64,000 nucleotides of DNA from the NCBI RefSeq assembly GCF_001194135.2, contig NC_068991.1, forward strand, positions 4,500,384 to 4,564,383, written 5' to 3'. The stretch is from Octopus bimaculoides. Its lineage: Eukaryota. The position numbers were made by a program, and so were the translations under genes. This document shows positions 24,801-38,129 of this stretch, in pieces; position 1 is the stretch's first letter; every line of letters starts with the position of its first letter. The notes below the pieces were generated by a model. It was not told the origin of the DNA. It did not search any database and was given only the letters and a program-made list of their open reading frames with translations.

Positions 24801-26524
24801 GCAACAAACCTGGCCGTCGGCAAACTGGGCCGGAGAGTGCTCTCACTCTATACAATGCACAACCCGGATGTGGGGTCCCCCGCGTTTCAATTGTTCTATT
24901 TTTGCTTTGTTACACTCACGCACACACACACACACACATATCTCGTTTCGTTTGTGTCATTCTCTCTTAGAAAGACATTTCTGTCTCTCCATGCCATCTC
25001 GCCCACTCTTTTTCTCATTCTCTCTTACCCTTTTTTCTCCCTGTCTCTTTCTTTCTCGTTCCCATTTTCTCACGTTCTCCCTGTTAGCTTTTCCTTTTTC
25101 CTGATTTTCTATCGCCCACAATCAGTCTTCTTTCCTCAATGTTATATTCTTTCCCCGAGTTACTTTTCTCGCTCTGCACCTCAAAGCCTCAATCTCTCAT
25201 TCTCTCTTTCATTCTCTCTCGCTCTCCCCTCTCTCTTTCTCTCACTTTCCTTTTCTTTGTTCTCTCTCTATCGATCCTCTCTCTATTACTCTACGTCTTT
25301 TATGACTCATATTATTTCTTTTATATTAAATCCTTTTACACAAACACACACACACACACACTCACTCACACACACACATACACACACACACACGCAAACA
25401 CACACACACGTACACATATTCCCTCCCTTTCCACCTCCCCACTTAAACAACTTTTTCTATTTTGCAGCCTTAATTATTCAGTCTTGTTTGTTCTCTTCTC
25501 TCCTTCTCTTTCTATCATAATGTTTATTTCCTGGCNNNNNNNNNNNNNNNNNNNNNNNNNNNNNNNNNNNNNNNNNNNNNNNNNNNNNNNNNNNNNNNNN
25601 NNNNNNNNNNNNNNNNNNNNNNNNNNNNNNNNNNNNNNNNNNNNNNNNNNNNNNNNNNNNNNNNNNNNNNNNNNNNNNNNNNNNNNNNNNNNNNNNNNNN
25701 NNNNNNNNNNNNNNNNNNNNNNNNNNNNNNNNNNNNNNNNNNNNNNNNNNNNNNNNNNNNNNNNNNNNNNNNNNNNNNNNNNNNNNNNNNNNNNNNCTCT
25801 CTCTCTCTCTTATTCTCCTCCCATATGCCACTCCACCATTACCTCTTTTTCACTGCCGCCATGTTTTTAGTTACTCTGCATACTTGTGTATATCAATGAA
25901 TCTTGTGCATGCTAAGTTTCTGATTAATTAAAAACCTGCCTGACAATAACCTTTTCCCTCTCCCTGATGACCAACACATCACAAGATCTCGTGATATCAA
26001 ACAGCTTTCACTTCTCCATACCAATACCGAAACACCAGGCACTGACAAAGCATACAATACATGACAAACAAGCTCACACTTTTACTTTCGCTTTCTCACT
26101 CAGGCGCAAACATTCATACATACACACAAAAACACATGCACGCACACACACATTTGTATTCGCACAAATACACATTGACATGCACACGTTGACACATATA
26201 CTTGTGAGCACATAGACTTAACTCCAACAGATCATACCTAATAGTATATAATATACATATAAATGAGTGTGTATATATATATATATATATGATATATGAT
26301 ACACACACACACATATATATATATATGTATATNNNNNNNNNNNNNNNNNNNNNNNNNNNNNNNNNNNNNNNNNNNNNNNNNNNNNNNNNNNNNNNNNNNN
26401 NNNNNNNNNNNNNNNNNNNNNNNNNNTATATATATATATATATACACATATATAAACATATATATGTACATAAATGATTACACACCTGTGTATATATATA
26501 TACACATACATATACACATATTCA

Positions 26525-26553
26525 TGGATAGATAGATAGATAGATAGACACAG

Positions 26554-26590
<37 letters not shown>

Positions 26591-26695
26591 TATAGACAGA
26601 TAGACAGACAGATACACATACAGATAGATAGATAGATAGATAGGTAGATACATAGATAGATAGATAGATAGATAGATACATAGATAGATAGATAA
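26525..26695. repeat. (GATA)n/(GACA)n compound microsatellite
   Basis: Direct inspection. Confidence 0.95.
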
Positions 26696-27287
26696 AATGT
26701 GGGTTTTCTCACATACACCCCCACACAGTCGCATACAAATAGGAAAATGCCTCATAAGCACGCACCACTGACCGAATCTCTCCTTGATGGTTTGCCTTGG
26801 TAAATGATGCAGACGATCTCCCCACAAATCACACAGTCTAGTATTCAAAAGTGTAGGACACGTTTGCTAATGTATTCCAATAGGCGCTATTTAAATAAAA
26901 TTTTTAAAAAAACGGAATTGTTATTGTAGAAATGCCTTTGATTATGTCTGATTAATCAGTATTGAACACGGGAAAAAAACACATAACATGAGTCGTAGCT
27001 AGGTAGTCCTAGCTTGTATATAATGTTTGTTTGCCAAACATTTACTTACGAAACAAATACAGTAATCAATTTGAGTCAACAAGAGAAAGCCTATTCAAAC
27101 GCTGCAAACTTAGAAATAATAGTCACCTGTCACTGATACCAAACACAAAAATGCATTTCTCTGTCTTCATCATAGAAGGAGGTGCTTCTTAGCTTTAGGT
27201 CTTACTGGGCTGCTTAGCGGTAAGCTTCCGGCACCAGGTTCGATCACTGTTACACTTGAACATGCTTTCTACATAATGATAACTCAC

Positions 27288-27441
27288 TTCTGGTCTGCTT
27301 GAAATATCTGATTTCAGTCAGCCCCATTTTTACGCCTGCCGTCAAGTTGAACTCAACCATGGCTGTTATTGGATACTGTTGACCGGCAAGATCAGTGATT
27401 TTCAACCGTAGTTCATACAGGATTCTGTTGTGAAAATTTTT
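27288..27441 (-). CDS. Internal coding exon, 154 nt, phase 0->1 (KNFHNRILYELRLKITDLAGQQYPITAMVEFNLTAGVKMGLTEIRYFKQTR)
   Basis: Acceptor aatatatttcag, donor A|gtgagt; open, protein-like alternating beta-strand pattern (YELRLKITD); NLT sequon. Confidence 0.7.
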
Positions 27442-27532
27442 CTGAAATATATTGGTTGTACTTCTATAATACACAATTTTTTTTTGTTTTAATTTATAGA
27501 ATTCCTAATAATATTTAAACATAAAATTATAA

Positions 27533-27750
27533 TCCGTTTCTACTATAGGTACAAGGCCTGAAATTTGTGAGGAGGGGACTATTAAATTATATCGACCTCA
27601 GTGTTTCACTGGTACTTAATTTAGCGACCCCGAAAGGATGAAAGGAAATGTTGACTTCGGAGGAATTTGAACTCAGAACGTAACGACAGGCGAAACATCG
27701 CTAAGCATTTCGCTTGGCATCGTAACGATCCTACCAGCTCAATGCCTTAA
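27533..27750 (-). mobile_element. SINE family A
   Basis: caaggcctgaaatttg...actggtacttaatttagcgaccccgaaaggatgaaagg...gaatttgaactcagaacg...ccagctc. Confidence 0.85.
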
Positions 27751-28431
27751 CCATAAAAATACAATAGGATCTCTTAAACATCGAATGGCTATTATGGTTC
27801 ACCCGAGTGAAATAGAAAACATCACGATGACCAAGGCGTTCAAGGCGAAATTGATGTCACGTCATCTCCACACATAAATACTTGCTGAGCGAAATAGAGA
27901 ACAAGAGAAACCAAACATGAAGAAAGTTTAACAAACGTAACTGACAAACAATCCTATACAGATATATTTACACAGATATACGCGATCGTTCACTGTAAAT
28001 TAATAAAGATTTTGCGCGTACATTAAGTCCTTTCCACTACTTGACCCGACGCTTACGTTATCGACCTGGCACATTTGCTATTGACCCAGAAGAGACAATC
28101 GGCAAAGGTCAATTCAAAGGGGCTGAAATCTGTACGTAAAGGGACATATAAATAATTGCTAATGGTAATTTTGATCCGAGTTCCACTCTGCGTCAGGGAA
28201 TTCTTACCAACGGTTGACTGTCTATGCGGTCGTTTATTATGCGTAAAATAGAAGCCAAATTCCCTTCGGAGTTTCGTAACTTGGATGCTTATAGCATTAT
28301 AATCTTAAATAAAGACAATCATATGAAGACAAATGTTACAACGTTTCTAATAGATGTGCACGCTTATCGCTGTTTTAAGGATAAGCATTAGAAATTAGCG
28401 TACAAATCACCAACAGTAACAACAACAATTC

Positions 28432-28610
28432 TTTCTAGGCACAGGCCCTGAACTATTTTGCGATGGTGGTGGTGGTTATAGGGTACTTGATCACATCAAG
28501 CACTTCGGTTCATAGCTAGTACTTATCTCATTGACCTTGAAAGTGAAAGCCAAAGTTGACCTCAGCGGGATTTCAACTCTGAACGGAAAGACAGACGAAA
28601 TGTCTTTGTA
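28432..28610 (-). mobile_element. SINE family A, diverged and 5'-truncated
   Basis: aggcacaggccctgaa...agtactt...gaccttgaaagtgaaagccaaagttgacctcagcgggatttcaactctgaacg. Confidence 0.7.
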
Positions 28611-28789
28611 TGTATGTATGTGTGTATATATAAATAAATANNNNNNNNNNNNNNNNNNNNNNNNNNNNNNNNNNNNNNNNNNNNNNNNNNNNNNNNNNNN
28701 NNNNNNNNNNNNNNNNNNNNNNNNNNNNNNNNNNNNNNNNNNNNNNNNNNNNNNNNNNNNNNNNNNNTGTGTTTTGTTTCTCCGTTTGT

Positions 28790-28975
28790 CCACCAATAGC
28801 GTTTGACAACCGGCTTTTGGGTGTTTACAGCCCCGTAAGATAGCGGTTCGTCAAAATCGTCCGAAGGAGTAAGTATTGGACTTCAAAATGAAAAGCGAAG
28901 TACCAGACTCCATTCATTCGACTAAACATTTTTTATGGCGGTGATCCTGAATGACCGTAGTGTAATGGCTTCCAA
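28790..28975 (+). mobile_element. SINE family B tail, diverged
   Basis: gcgtttgacaaccgg...gtgtttacagccccgtaagatagcggttcg...cattcgactaa...ggcggtg. Confidence 0.65.
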
Positions 28976-29439
28976 ATATATACAAAAAAAACACACGATA
29001 AAATCAACATTTATGGCATCTGTATTATATTTCTGGAAAACCATCTGACCGTTTGGTTAGCCGCCATCTTTACCACGAAAATAACTCGACTTTTTCTTTT
29101 CTTTTCATGCCTGTCTGTTTCTTTGTTTTGTTTTTTCGATTTCAAGGTGTTGCATGATAAAAAGAAAACTTGTTTTTCTATCAGTATACATGTGCGGTAT
29201 CACCTGTGAGTTTCTTTAACAAATAAACTCCTAGTTAATACCTTGTATAATTTAAATATTTATCACTAAATCCGACATGTTTGTTCGCTTGTTGCAATGC
29301 TAACGACATTTTTACTTGTTCATTAATCATTCCACCATATTCTTCCATTCTCCTCTTCCTCTCTTCCTTCAATCCCCTTCGTTATTTCTCTCACCTCTTT
29401 GTCATTTATATTTTCGATTTTCCATTCTTTCATTCCTTC

Positions 29440-29509
29440 TTTCGTTCCTTCTTTCATTCCTTCTTTCTGCCATCCTTCCTTTTTTCTCTCTTCCCTTTAC
29501 TTTCTCTCC

Positions 29510-29548
<39 letters not shown>

Positions 29549-29930
29549 CCTTTCTTTCTTTCTTCTTCTCTCTCTCTACTTCTCTCTTCTCTCTCTTCTT
29601 CTCCCTCTCGCTTCTCTCTTTCCTTCTCTCTCTCCTTCTTTCTCTCTCTCTCCTCCGCTTTCTCTGCTTCTCTCTGCGTCTCTCTCTTTCTCTCTCAATC
29701 TCCTTTTCTCTCTCCTCTTTCTCATCGCTCACCTTCTCTTTCATCCTCTCTCTTCTCTCTCTCTCCTTATCTCAATCCTCTCTCTTCTCTCTCATCTCTG
29801 CCATTCTCTCTCCTTCTCTCTCTCTCCTCTCTCTCTCACTCTCTCTCTCTCTCTTTCTCTCTCTAATTCACTCTTCTCTCTCTGCCTTTCTCTTTCTCTC
29901 TCTACACCTTTCTCTGCTTACTTTTAGTGC
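29440..29930. repeat. Long degenerate (CT)n tract
   Basis: Source of the spurious 301-aa Leu/Ser ORF at 29281. Confidence 0.95.
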
Positions 29931-30068
29931 TGCATTTATCATGTCAATACGATTTTTATTCTCATGTATATATATGTATGTATGTATGTATGTATATGTA
30001 TACGTACGTATTTATGTATGTCTATTACATTTATTCTCTCAATTTTGTATTCTGTCTCTCACGCTCAC

Positions 30069-30188
30069 ATATTTCTGTCCCTCTCTCAGATTAATACGTT
30101 CTGTCACGTTGCTGTCTCCGTTAATATCAAAACAGAGATTAAAACAGCTGGTCGTCTTTGATATTGACGGAATACATTTACATTGATT
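30069..30188 (-). CDS. Internal coding exon, 120 nt, phase 0->0 (NQCKCIPSISKTTSCFNLCFDINGDSNVTERINLREGQKY)
   Basis: Acceptor catacatag (an in-frame TAG marks the boundary), donor TAT|gtgagc; length a multiple of 3; 4 Cys and an NVT sequon; joins in frame to 27441. Confidence 0.58.
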
Positions 30189-30335
30189 CTATGTATGGAC
30201 CTCCGAGTATTAAACTTTCTATATGTATGTTGCAATTGTACGGCAGTGCAACTTATTTTTATGTGTGTTGGTAAATGTATAAGCTTCCGTATTTCAAATG
30301 CATATATTTTCAGTAGATGACGAATATCATCCGTA

Positions 30336-30392
<57 letters not shown>

Positions 30393-30439
30393 GCAGACAG
30401 ACAGAGAGTCTTTAAATACATTCTTACCTGTGTTATTGC

Positions 30440-31128
30440 CACTCTTCAAATTTTGGGACAAGTCCAGCAACTTTTGAGGATGATGTAAGTTGATTACATC
30501 GACTCAGCGATCAACTGGTACTTGTTTTATCGACTTCCGAAGGATGAAAGGCTAAGTCAACCTCGGCGGAATTTGTGCTAAGTATATAAAACCACACGAA
30601 ATGCGGCTTAGCATTTTACGCTGCTTCGTAACTGTTCTTTCAGCTTGCAAATGTGTCAGTCTATAATTATTTCTTTATTGCACACAAAGGGCTGAACATA
30701 GAGGGGCCAAACAAGGACAGACAAAGGGATTAAGGCGATTACACCGACCCAAGTGCGTTACTGGTACTCATTGCTTCTACCCGGAAAGGATGAATGTCAA
30801 AGTCGTCCTCGGCAGAATTGGAACCCAGAACCTAACGGCAGATGAAACACCACTAGGCATTTCGCCCGACGTGCTAAAAATTCTGCCAGCTCGGTTCTCT
30901 TTTATCACTCTATATATTCTTTTCTACTCTAGGGACAAGGCCCGAAATATTAGGGGAGGGGGCCAGTCGATAAGATCGACCCCAGTACGCTACTGGTACG
31001 TAATTTATCGAACCCGAAAGGATGAAAGTCGATCTCGGTGGAATTTGAACTCAGAACGTAAAGACAGACGAAATGCCGCTAAGCATTTCGCCCAGCGTGC
31101 TGACGTTCTTACCAGCTCGCCGCCTTTT
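30440..31128 (-). mobile_element. Cluster of three SINE family A copies (~30440-30650, 30665-30892, 30914-31128)
   Basis: Each has the gaaaggatgaa...gtc(g/a)...cggcggaattt core; the second has the alternative tail atttctttattgcacacaaagggc. Confidence 0.85.
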
Positions 31129-34100
31129 CACTCCATATATTTGACTTGTTAAGGTTATTCTATAGAACCATAACAAGTGATGTAAATCGCACGGCTATCA
31201 CAGAAGAACAAGGTTTTTTTTATTTTGTACAAACGTTTAATATTCGTTATAGTATATAGTATATGCTGGTTGTGGACAATCATTTTTGTCATATCTGTAT
31301 TTTTGTATATGACTCTATTACGTATACAAGTGCATTTGTGCCTGTTCCTTGCACATCTTGTGCATCACTTACATCTGCATGTCTTTTGTATGCATTGAGT
31401 TTATTTGTTCATGTGTGTTGTTGTTGTTTCTGATTAGCAGTCTATCAGCAATGCGCAAACAGACCAGTGATCATAGGCTTCCCACATGTAACCATCTCGT
31501 TTTGTTTCTCTATACATAAAACCTGTGGACTCGTAATCCACCACGTCTATTCCGAAGAGGTGTTGGTATGATTCCTAAGAGATTTAGCTGCTATTTCTAC
31601 CAGGTCAGACTCAATGTATATATATATATATATATATATATATGTAGACATGTTCATAAGTATATCTATGGCTGATTTAATGCACTTATGCTCATGTGTG
31701 TCTGTGCGTGTACGAGTGTTTGTGTGTGCCTGTTCATCAACATCGTTTTATGATCTTACCTGTGCGTTTGTTTAAAAGTTATTTGTGTGTAAGATCAGAG
31801 ATAGTGTCAGTACATGTGTACTGGCGTGTAAATCTGTGTGGCATTCGCAATATTTGTCATTAGGTGTTTAAATAGCCAATGTGTTAAGGCATCTGTTCAT
31901 TTGTAAATCAACTTCAGTAACGCTTCTGAAAATTATAGAAATAAAATCTTTATGTAATTTCTCTACCATGGAAATTAATAAAGTAGTGGTCACTCATATT
32001 TATACATATATGTATTTATGCACACATACACACACACATACAGAGACACACACATGCACAAACACACACATTTATATAGTCATCTAACAATCTATAAGTC
32101 AGAAAAATATGCAGTTATATTTTACAGTGGATTGCGTATATAACTCAAAGTGTACTATATATATCTATTACGGCCGGGTCTACCGATCGGTTTCACACCA
32201 AACACTGAACCGGATGTTAGATTACTCTTTTACAGAATTTATTCCTATTGGGAACATTTACTCACTAAGCTAGGGAAAATCGTAGAGAAACAAGTTTTTA
32301 TCTTTAACGAGACGTGGGTTGGGAACCAACTGCACTTTCCGGTGGTATTTACTCGGTGGCATTTACTCTTGAACCGGTCAGGGGTTTGACGTATATATTG
32401 GCATATCGTTCAAAATACCGGAGGCTAGAGGGTAATTATAGTAGAGGGCAACGGTGTCGCTAGAAAAATATTGACAACGAAACCACAGGAAGATAGGTCT
32501 ATAGTAGACATTGAACATGCCGAGAGGAAATAAGTAAGAGACCAATAGCAAACCTCAAAGACGATGAGACGCAACCAGGAAAAAAACCGAAAGAAACCAA
32601 CAAAATACTATGGCAAGATAAAAAAATGACCGAGAAGAGATAACAAAAAGTTGATAGCGAAATCAAACCGTGATAAGACCAGAAAAAGTGTAGAGTGAGC
32701 GAAAGACAAAGACAGAACGAAGAAAACTGCGATATAATAACAAGAGAAATGTGAAAGAGAATCGAAGAGAGAGAATCATTATCATTTTATGGCTGTAATC
32801 GTTTTCTGGTGTTCCTTCGGTATGAATGATAGATGTGTGTAGTGAGGAAGCACCTGAAACGTTATTAAACAACAGTGTATACCTGTTTTATATGTTGAAG
32901 CTGCTTCATATATTGCATTTTAATTTATTTTCATGAAATAATGTGCCACATGTGCGTACAGCATTTATATCCTTCATAACACTACGTCTTATAATATTTC
33001 TATCAACTCATAAATAATATTCAGTCAAGAAAGCAATTTCATACAGTATTACATATTTCATCACTAAGTGAATGCATATGACATATTCCTAATGTATATG
33101 GCATATCACATACTGTGTATAAAAGCAGTTCTTCCTACAATGGCTGCTTTTGATTCTAACTGAATGAATGATTTTATGACTTAACGCATTACTAAAAAGC
33201 GTCCGGCGTGAAGTTAGCTAATTGTAATTCCGTTTTATTATCTTCTACAATCTTATGTGACCTACTTCTCTGATAATGTTAAAATGTATGGAATCAATAA
33301 TAACCAACAACATTTGTTTTTATTGTCGCCATTTCACCCTGGTCAGTTCTGGTTGTGCTTGTAGGTGTTGGTTGATTAACTTGTTTCTTTTCATAGATCT
33401 ATTATTCTAGATATAACGGGTCTACAACTAGTTAAAAGTCACACTGTACACATATTTCAAAATGCAATTCTATAGCAGACGATGTATGACGGTTCAGAAA
33501 TGTGCTTTTTTTCCTCCCTCGTTGATTGGTTTATTTCCACGTAACAGGAAGATTTAACGTTGGCTAAATCAGAAGCTGGCAAGCAAGACGCGAACATATT
33601 TTGGCAATTGCTGTTTATCTCGGAACAGTATTACCTGGTCTTCAGAATATTTTTAACGCTGCAAGTTTTGCGTTGCATTGTAATATTACTTTAACATTAA
33701 TTAGTTGAACAAAACAAGGGTCAGAATATTTTTCAGAATTTGCAAACCGGTCCGTTTCATTGTTTGACTGCGTGTGCATGAATTGTTTGTAATACCTGTA
33801 ACATGCTTACTCAACAGACTTCGCAAGCTAATAAGGATTACTCGAAATTGTCATTCAGCTTGATACAGGAATAAGCGAGTTCGCTTCTCGCGACGGAACT
33901 CAATTCCAATAACGTAGTCCACGGTAAACAAGAATGGGTCATAATGAGTCAGCGTGGTCAGTTTTTGACCTGGGGTTAAATATTTACACCGCACTCCTGC
34001 AAGATGGATTTTTAAGTGTGTATATATTTTGATAAATTATATTTCATTTAATTATATGATATCTGCGAGTAAAGCTTGCGATTATCATGGCTATGGGATA

Positions 34101-34311
34101 CTGACAGCTTGTATCCATCATTCATCCAAAACGCCTGCAATACTAAATGAGATAAAAATGAAAAAAGTTTTATTCATTCATAGAATTGTGTGTGAAGTTC
34201 TTGATGTGTGTGTGCGAGGGAGCGAGAGAGAGAGAGGGGGGATGTGTGCGCGCTTGAGCGATTCTCCTGTCAAATATTACAAGAATTTCCAATCCATAGA
34301 CCGTATTGCTT

Positions 34312-34425
34312 GAATATTCTTTTCTACTCAAGGCAAAAGGCCCGAAATTCTGGCGGAGGGGGTCAGTCGCAACATGGTACTTAATTTATCGACCCCGAGA
34401 GAATGAAAGTCAAAGTTGACCTTTT
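34312..34425 (-). mobile_element. SINE family A, 3' part
   Basis: atattctttctactcaaggcaaaaggcccgaaatt...ggtacttaatttatcgaccccgagagaatgaaagtcaaagttgacc. Confidence 0.8.
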
Positions 34426-36467
34426 AGACAAAGTTATTATACTGATGTGAGGTTTATATTCGCTGCTTAATATCGTCCGAGCGATGAAATTGAAACTACC
34501 ACACTTGAAATTCCGAGTTTAATTTATGAAGACTAAATTGTTAATTAAATTCCGGATCATATATATGTCTCATTCTGTTCGGGAAGAATTCTTACCATCC
34601 CCTAAGTGACTACGAAGTGCACTGATTCGTTATTATAAAATAAAGAACTGTGAACAGTTGATGGTAAGCAGCTCAAAGTGAGCCGTTGACAGAGGGCGTT
34701 TAACCTCGTGTAGTACTGGTGCGTCGTGTAAATACGTTTTTTTCCCCCTTGCTTCGTTAAATTATTTATCCAACACCAGGATATAAAACATTCTTTGATT
34801 AATTAAACTTGTAAAGATAGCAAAACAGCATAGTCACTGCCTAAATATCTTTGAACTTAAATCTAGTGAATCAGAACCTGACCTAGACGAAAATACAACA
34901 ATACTCAATTAGCGAAACATTAAATGTTGTTGTACATCATTACCGATTATTAACCATGAAAAGGACGTTTCGTCTGTGAAATATCCATTGGGAACTATAG
35001 ACTTACATCTAAATAAATGAAACTATCAGATAACTTATTAAAACACCATTTCTATGGAACAACTCTTCTGGAGTGTTACTCAGTACGTTTATATTAATAG
35101 CTACAAATTCGATAATGTATATTAAAACTTTCATTAATATTCATTTAATTTTCTAATTAATTTGTTGCAAGCACTACATCAAATATATTCACTATAAATA
35201 TTAGAGCTTCTTATTGTTCGTTATTAATTTCTAATGTTGGCACAAGTCTACACATTTCGATGGCAGACTTGAAGTTGATATCGTTTATTTCAACTTCACT
35301 AGAATTTAGTTTATCGACTAAGAATAATAGCTAACAACGTCGACACCAATGCCAATCTAAATCAAATGCTTAAAGCTAACAAACATACACACACATACAC
35401 ACACACATACACACACATACACACATCCAGACATATGCTCACATATTCACACACACACAAACACACACATACGCATGCATTTATATGTGTGTGTATACTG
35501 ATGTCTGTTTTTAAAACAAAAGGTTATAAAATTAAGAATTTATAAGGCCAAAAAACTGAAGTAACGTTCTAGCGTAGGTTAGCAAAGGGTTTCGAAGTCA
35601 CCGTCACCCTTCTTGTAAAATATTTCATGTGTATAGAAACATGTATGTGTATGTAGATGGGTGACCTTCACGTGTATTTAAGGGATGCAATTCCTACTTA
35701 GATGTCATGCGCAGCCCTTGGCTTCAAATCATAAAGATGTGTGCTATGGGTTTCACATTCTTGAAGCAAACTTAGAAGTGCAACACCTGTGAGAATTTAC
35801 CAAAGTAATTAAGGATTATACAGGAAATGTAGTGATGACCCATATGTATCTTGTTACACTAAGATTAGCAATAAATATATGCAATGAAAATTCAAATGGA
35901 GTTTCAGTTTAAAACAAGTGGTACAACACAGCATGGAAATATCTTCTGCTTAAGAAATGTTTGTGGGACTCGTTTTTAAGAAAGAGTGTAACGAATCATT
36001 TGTTAATGATTTAATCTCGTTATTATGAATGCTTTGAAAATATACAAACAAACTAGAATTCAGCACCAGTAGGGAGGCAACCTACCAGATTTGTTACCGA
36101 GCCGGACAAAATGTTTCGTAGCATTTCATCCGTTTGTACGCTTTGAGTCGGCCTACGGGTTTGTGTATATTTTTTATAGAAACCATGGATGTGTACATTA
36201 CACACACGCGCGCGCGTTTGTTTGTGTGCGTGCGTGCGTGTGTCGTGTGTAAAGACAGAGGGAGGGAGGGAGAATTAAAGATAATGTGACAGACATACTC
36301 ACAAACGTAGAGGCACGCAGGTACACACCGGCATATGCACACATATACAAACATGCATGTGTCTGTCTGTGTGTGTGTGTGTGTGTGTGTATGGATGTAT
36401 GTATGCATGTGTATGCATGCATGTATGTATGTATACATATACGTATATATATATATATATCTATATA

Positions 36468-36505
<38 letters not shown>

Positions 36506-37045
36506 CAACGTGTGGTTCACGACTCCATTTGTCTTGCTGAACAATAGCAAAACAGGAACGAGTGTTTATGGAAATGAAGTTTTCTTCTGTAGGTGCCACG
36601 TATATATATATTCCAGGCTTTAACTATTTTTTTTCTTTTTCTATTGTTTCTCTAATAAATATTAGGCATCTATATAAAATACCATCAACATCACTGCACA
36701 CGTTTCCGTTGTGATGACAGCTGTTTAAATATCCTGAACCATTTAATTAATATCACATATCACACGATCTGTAATAGATTAACAGTGGGTAGCATAAATA
36801 TATTCAGAAGCTCTTCGCATGAATGAACCACATTAATCTCCACATGCGTTTGTGTATGTGTGTGTGTGTGTTTTTTGGGGGAGGGGGGCTGCATCTTGTG
36901 TCTATACAAGTTTAGCTCATTGCTCTTTTCGTTTTCATATCGAGGATGCCTGTCGTGTGAAGCCACTCTCATTACTCTATTCTCCATTTGAGCTTAAACA
37001 AATGAGATGTGTTAGAATTATTTAATAATTGATGCATGTAAATAC

Positions 37046-37162
37046 CTGCAGAATCACACCAAACCAGAACAACACAATCAACATCAGTAATATCATCGAC
37101 AATACCGACATCATTACTTTCTTGAAATCCCATCTCAGTCTGTCCTTCATCATTGCTACATG
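37046..37162 (-). CDS. Weak candidate exon (MMKDRLRWDFKKVMMSVLSMILLMLIVLFWFGVILQ, or an acidic alternative frame)
   Basis: Acceptor accacag and donor CAG|gtattt, two open frames; may be a decayed (GAT)n tract instead. Confidence 0.25.
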
Positions 37163-38129
37163 CTGTGGTCTCAACGTATAAATAAAGGAATAAATAATTA
37201 TGTAAATAAAAAAAACTTTATTTGTATCTGAGTTATAATGTTTCTCATAATGTAGCTTATGTAAGAATATCTTCATATGTAACCGAGATACCGCTTGTCC
37301 TTCTATGTCAAAACCTTTCAGCGCAATATTAGTAATGTACACATCAAATCGTTTCTAGCAAAGAAATCGCTGTATTACACAATGAACTTTAAGTCACATG
37401 GTCATTCAAGTAGTTAGAAATAGAAAGGAGATATCCCTATGTAAATTTTATGTATTATCCATCTGAAAATAAGACTTGGCTGTTGCCAGTGGTACATCTT
37501 TGATGAAAGCTAGCATTTTCCAAACGATAACCGAAATGTTAACAATAGCAGCCGCTTCAAGGCAAAGTGAAATCATCTGATCGTGAGTATTTCAATTGAC
37601 AACTATTAAGGTGAGGCACATTGATACCGCTGGCGATGTGGTGCGGATGAAACAGTGATACTTCTTCAGTTAGGCAGAATACACCCTTTACAGGATTCGA
37701 TTGCCTTGATTAAATAGTTGCATTCGTCTAGCCCTGAACTCTATAGAACATTTTGTAAAGATAAACTTAGAAAAAAAACTGTTAATTAGGGACTGGACAT
37801 TTTGAGGGTTGGTTTATATTATTTGCTCTAATATTTGGTAGTCACTCCTTCATTTCAATCCACTAAATAATTTTACCATGCATTGGTGAAAGATACATAG
37901 GCACAATGGTTTATGGTTAACGTATCTCGACTAAAGACCCTGTCTGTTGCTCATCTGCTTTTGTTGTCTTCTAACTGTATACTTTAGATACTTATCCGTC
38001 AATAACACTAAATACTGACTTATTATTTCACTTGAAGAACGAAGGAGAAATATATGCGGTCACTACTTCTAACAGAATTAAAAGAGATCTCACCCAGAAA
38101 TCTGACCCGAGAGTAGTCAAATATTGGCT

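Noticed and set aside
26717-26837. Candidate minus exon right after exon 27288
   Set aside because: The required phase-1 frame hits TGA; the only open frame is phase 2 and incompatible with the chain
29281-30186. 301-aa Leu/Ser/Phe ORF
   Set aside because: (CT)n low-complexity tract; its 3' end merely overlaps the minus-strand exon candidate
35007-35051. 45-nt phase 0->0 minus exon candidate (KWCFNKLSDSFIYLD) with gtaagt donor
   Set aside because: Compatible with the chain, but short with a weak acceptor; cannot be distinguished from chance without RNA data
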